Positions 61,165 to 64,000 of a stretch of DNA of 64,000 nt are shown here, one piece after another. Positions within the stretch are counted from its first letter, which is position 1; each line of letters begins with the position of its first letter. A model generated the notes under the pieces. It was not told where the DNA came from. It saw nothing but the letters and a program-made list of their open reading frames with translations, and searched no databases. The DNA is from an uncultured bacterium (GTDB taxonomy: Bacteria > Patescibacteriota > Patescibacteriia > Patescibacteriales > UBA12465): assembly GCA_938003925.1 (NCBI GenBank), contig CALKWQ010000016.1, forward strand, positions 16,363 through 80,362, given 5' to 3'. Position numbers and translations under genes: made by a program.

Positions 61165-61869
61165 TTAGTGGTCATTTTCGCCATATACCATATCTGCCCA
61201 GCTTTTATATGGCTTACCACAGCACATTTTTCCTTGATCGCATTTTCCTTCAGTAACACAGGCACAACCACCCATTTTAATACATTCACCGAAACCAGCT
61301 TGATCAATTGCCTGTAACATACCTCTAATGTTTTGTAAAGATTCTGGTGTATTTCTACGACAAGCCCGTTGTGGCATAATAATACAAACTATTTCACGAA
61401 GGTTAAACTTTGCGTATAAATGATTAGACGCAGCACCAGGAAGAACATATCTGGCATCATCCTTACCAACATAATGTTTTAATAATGTATAAGTTTCGTT
61501 AATCTTTTCCATTAGGAGCTTATAAACACCTGAGGCCTGTTCATGATTCTCAATTGACTCTGGAATTACATACGGAAAGTTATCATGATCTTGATATTGC
61601 TGGGAGCCAGAAGTATAAGAGGCTACGCGGTGTCTAGTTATTTGTGATAAAAATACACGTGAGGTACTTTCAAATATAAATCCAAAGTCTGCACATTCTA
61701 AAAGAGAAGTATGACCCATATCAATGAGAGCTCTCATTATCTTAAGGCCTGCTTCATGTGAAGTTGGTTTAAATGCTTTTTTATGCTGTGTTAATGATGC
61801 TAGTCCACCTATCACTGCAGGAACATCAAAATCTGGTTTAGTTATTAGCAATACCTGACTATTTTTCAT
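61165..61869 (-). CDS. thyX: FAD-dependent thymidylate synthase ThyX-like
   Basis: The ThyX motif region is TRHRVASYTSGSQQY (RHRxxSxxxxSx, with Q where I expect R). Length is 234 aa, with a Cys-rich C-terminal tail. Confidence 0.75.
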   Translation of the reverse strand: MKNSQVLLITKPDFDVPAVIGGLASLTQHKKAFKPTSHEAGLKIMRALIDMGHTSLLECADFGFIFESTSRVFLSQITRHRVASYTSGSQQYQDHDNFPYVIPESIENHEQASGVYKLLMEKINETYTLLKHYVGKDDARYVLPGAASNHLYAKFNLREIVCIIMPQRACRRNTPESLQNIRGMLQAIDQAGFGECIKMGGCACVTEGKCDQGKMCCGKPYKSWADMVYGENDH

Positions 61870-61892
61870 AAAATCTCCTAATTTAAGAACAA

Positions 61893-61946
61893 GCGTTATT
61901 ATAGGTCTTAGTATTTATACTGACTAGTATCTACAACACTGTTTCA
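61893..61946 (-). promoter_or_regulatory. conserved promoter-like cassette, copy B (TGAAACAG-N17-AGTATAAAT-N12-AATAACGC)
   Basis: Read on the - strand, it ends 23 nt before the thyX ATG. It contains TATAAT, with TAGTCA 17 nt upstream of that. Confidence 0.5.
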
Positions 61947-61969
61947 ATAATGCTGTATAGATGTAACTT

Positions 61970-62371
61970 TTAAAGCTGTAATGTTGTCCCACTAATGTAA
62001 CGCTCATATTCATGTTTTCTTATACTAGAAAGACAACAAGACTTAAACTTTTTACCGCTACCACATGGACAAGGCTCATTTCTACCAGTTTTAGCCACTG
62101 GCTCTGATAGAAATGGTTTTTGCTTAACTTTTAAAAGCCCAAGACATAAGCCTATTCTAGCCTCTTCATGAGTAAGTGTATTTACCCTTTTTAGTAAAAG
62201 AGACCTAATATGAGTATTACAATCATCTAGAGATAGAATATCAGTTGTTACACCAGATATAGCTAGCAAATGACCATACGCCTCAACTGCTCTAGACTCT
62301 TCTACATTATAGAATCTTGCTAGCTTTTCAATTATAGGCACTGCTTTTTCCATCATAGCTTTTAGTTCCAC
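61970..62371 (-). CDS. SEC-C motif protein
   Basis: The C-terminal [16 protein letters not shown] is the SEC-C zinc-binding motif. The start is a GTG with AAGGAGGT 5 nt upstream. Confidence 0.7.
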   Translation of the reverse strand: MELKAMMEKAVPIIEKLARFYNVEESRAVEAYGHLLAISGVTTDILSLDDCNTHIRSLLLKRVNTLTHEEARIGLCLGLLKVKQKPFLSEPVAKTGRNEPCPCGSGKKFKSCCLSSIRKHEYERYISGTTLQL

Positions 62372-62508
62372 TATTTACCTCCTTTAGGAAACTGAACATC
62401 AAATCTTAGAACTTCTCCACACCAATAAGCTTTTACAGAAACATCTACTAATTTAATATCTGACCTTTGGCCAGGTCTATTAATGAGCTCATCAAATAAG
62501 TTTGACAT
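62371..62508 (-). CDS. small ORF (45 aa) not in the ORF track: [45 protein letters not shown]
   Basis: Hand-translated. Its stop TAG overlaps the GTG of the SEC-C gene (TAGTG). Its ATG overlaps the stop of a 6-codon mini-ORF (TAATG). Confidence 0.4.
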   Translation of the reverse strand: MSNLFDELINRPGQRSDIKLVDVSVKAYWCGEVLRFDVQFPKGGK

Positions 62509-62527
62509 TAAATCTTTAGCTTTTTCA

Positions 62528-62995
62528 TTAGTATTCAATTTTAACCTCCGTTTGAAGATCTGGACCCATCATTACCCAGTGATCACCAGTCATATCATCC
62601 ATGTATACTACAGCAGTAAGCTGCATATTCTGTAGGGCTTTAAGGCAGTCACAGCATGGCCGTTTGGTAACGTAGAAAATAGAATTAACTATACTAGTGC
62701 CAATAAGACTAGCGGTAATTATACAGTTAATTTCTGCATGTACTGCTGGACAAACTGTAAAATCTTTTTTACCGTATTTTTGCTTATGCTCATCAAGTTT
62801 ACATGGATAACAATTGGCCTGAGAACTGGGGGCACCATTATACCCTGTACTAACAATACGATTATGCTTAATAGCTATACAACCATGTTGCTTTCCCTCT
62901 GGGCATTTAGAACCGGTGGCTATTTGCATAGCCACCGATAAATAGTATCCATTTTTATCTTTACGCTGAAGGACCTGATAATCAGTATCCATCAT
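62528..62995 (-). CDS. dCMP deaminase
   Basis: Zinc motifs are HAEINCI and PCCDCLKAL. I prefer the ATG at 62995 (GGAGACAGG upstream) over the track start at 63028. Confidence 0.8.
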   Translation of the reverse strand: MMDTDYQVLQRKDKNGYYLSVAMQIATGSKCPEGKQHGCIAIKHNRIVSTGYNGAPSSQANCYPCKLDEHKQKYGKKDFTVCPAVHAEINCIITASLIGTSIVNSIFYVTKRPCCDCLKALQNMQLTAVVYMDDMTGDHWVMMGPDLQTEVKIEY

Positions 62996-63620
62996 CCTGT
63001 CTCCTATGATTTTCTTTATTCTTAGCAAAATAATAATTTATAATATCTTGCTTAGTCATACCAAGGCTATAGCATAGTTTAAAATTATACCATAGAGCTT
63101 TTTGCATATCTTGCTCAATAACAATAGGTAATTCAGATGTAGCTATATTAGGGTATGATTTCCAAGTTTTCCACGGCAACAGTTCTATTAGTTCTGTTAG
63201 TACATCTAATAACTTATTACATGACTGTTTAATTTCAGTAATATCAAATGCATGATTAGTTTCAGGCACATCCTTTAGAAGCTGTTCTATATGATCCTCT
63301 GTAAAAGAAAGTTCTAAAGCTATGTTAAAAATAAAATGAAGAACATCTATAGCTTCCATCTTCATTTCTTTAACTGAAGATTCAAAATCGCTAAGATTAG
63401 TTGGAGTAAGCCAGTCCTGTAGTTCTTTTAGCTCTGCACTGGCACAAAAATACCAGTATATACACTTTTTAGCCGTTAGATGTGCATTAATGCTAAAGTC
63501 TGTATTAATAGCATTAAGCCTAAGTTGTAATCTTTTTTGGGCTAAAAACATTTCATACATAGGACGTTCTAGTCCTATTTCAATAATTTCAAGACCTGCG
63601 CATATATTATTATCCGCCAT
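62982..63620 (-). CDS. all-alpha dimeric-type dUTPase (dUTPase_2 / MazG-like NTP pyrophosphatase family)
   Basis: EAIDVLHFIFNIALEL, LLPWKTWKSY and the C-terminal YYFAKNKENHRRQDDGY match my recollection of the dimeric dUTPase pattern. Confidence 0.6.
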   Translation of the reverse strand: MADNNICAGLEIIEIGLERPMYEMFLAQKRLQLRLNAINTDFSINAHLTAKKCIYWYFCASAELKELQDWLTPTNLSDFESSVKEMKMEAIDVLHFIFNIALELSFTEDHIEQLLKDVPETNHAFDITEIKQSCNKLLDVLTELIELLPWKTWKSYPNIATSELPIVIEQDMQKALWYNFKLCYSLGMTKQDIINYYFAKNKENHRRQDDGY

Positions 63621-63629
63621 ATCACTCTC

Positions 63630-64000
63630 CTATAGTGTGTATTCAGGAATCCCTTTTTGTTTTCCGAAATTAATGCCAACTGTTAATTCTGATTCCATAT
63701 GTGTTCTAAGACCAGCTGGAGTGTGTGCCATATGCTTATGTACAATATGGGCTACATCTTTTAAAGCTGAATCTTTAACATAAAAAACATTTTCATCATG
63801 AATTGATGCAAACATAACAGCGTCTTCAACTGGAATATGCTCATTATAAATGTTTATAATAGCACGCTTAAGAATTTCAGCACATGTGCCTTGAATTGGA
63901 TAATTAGTAGCAGCACGCTCTGCATCAGATCTCTTCCAAGATTCTCTAGCATGAATATCTGGAAGATAGTACCTTCTACCATACAAAGATTTTACATATC
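63630..64000 (-). CDS. family A DNA polymerase, C-terminal fragment (gene continues beyond the window)
   Basis: The frame is open to nt 64000. SLYGRRYYLPDI, NYPIQGTCAEILK and SIHDENVF correspond to the Pol I motifs GRRRYLPDI, QGTAADI and HDE. Confidence 0.85.
   Translation of the reverse strand, partial: YVKSLYGRRYYLPDIHARESWKRSDAERAATNYPIQGTCAEILKRAIINIYNEHIPVEDAVMFASIHDENVFYVKDSALKDVAHIVHKHMAHTPAGLRTHMESELTVGINFGKQKGIPEYTL

Noticed and set aside
61073-61946. Reading TTGAAA and TATAAA within the repeated cassette as a plain sigma70 -35/-10 pair.
   Set aside because: The spacer is 21-22 nt in all three copies, outside the 16-18 nt window. I keep the cassette as promoter-like but do not call it a standard sigma70 promoter.
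1-64000. A search for tRNA genes, CRISPR arrays, integrase/transposase genes, att-like repeats and reverse transcriptase (DGR/retron).
   Set aside because: Intergenic gaps are all 170 nt or less and are occupied by hairpins or promoter-like motifs. No direct-repeat/spacer pattern was seen, and no recombinase or RT motifs appear in any ORF. tRNAscan-SE and a repeat finder would be needed to exclude these formally.

Overview
This window is a contiguous piece of a large, AT-rich, siphovirus-like tailed phage genome. All calls come from reading the ORF translations and DNA by eye; no database search was run.

Layout:
- nt 1-55377 is one + strand late (virion and lysis) transcription block.
- nt 55364-64000 is a converging - strand replication, recombination and nucleotide-metabolism arm.

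Order on the + strand:
- A tail-fibre module: collar-motif fibre, C1q-like tip, and a possible YiiX-like peptidase.
- An Ig-like surface protein.
- A prohead protease/scaffold gene with a nested internal scaffold start, a small cement-like protein, and the major capsid protein.
- A free-standing HNH endonuclease.
- A complete diderm-type lysis cassette: M15 endolysin, 2-TM holin, and overlapping i-/o-spanins.
- Head-tail joining genes with a kinase-only T4 Pnk homologue wedged between them.
- Tail tube, then a chaperone pair linked by a -1 frameshift on an A8 run.
- A single 12.6-kb tape-measure ORF of about 4,200 codons.
- A 27.5-kb block of 17 tightly coupled, mostly orphan tail-tip genes totalling about 9,150 aa.

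That tail-tip block is much more AT-rich, and richer in N/I/Y/S residues, than the rest of the window. It contains a paralogous family sharing a C-terminal ~60-aa module, an Asp-box propeller and a subtilisin-type protease.

The - strand encodes a Rad50/SbcC-like ATPase with a zinc hook, an Mre11/SbcD-like nuclease, an HD hydrolase and a RecU-like resolvase. It also encodes ThyX, a SEC-C motif protein, dCMP deaminase, a dimeric-type dUTPase, the C-terminus of a family A DNA polymerase, and several small ORFs, four of them missing from the ORF track.

I saw no tRNA, CRISPR array, integrase or transposase.

The most unusual content is the tape measure plus the orphan tail-tip block, about 40 kb or 62% of the window. 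A ~54-nt promoter-like cassette also occurs three times, on both strands.
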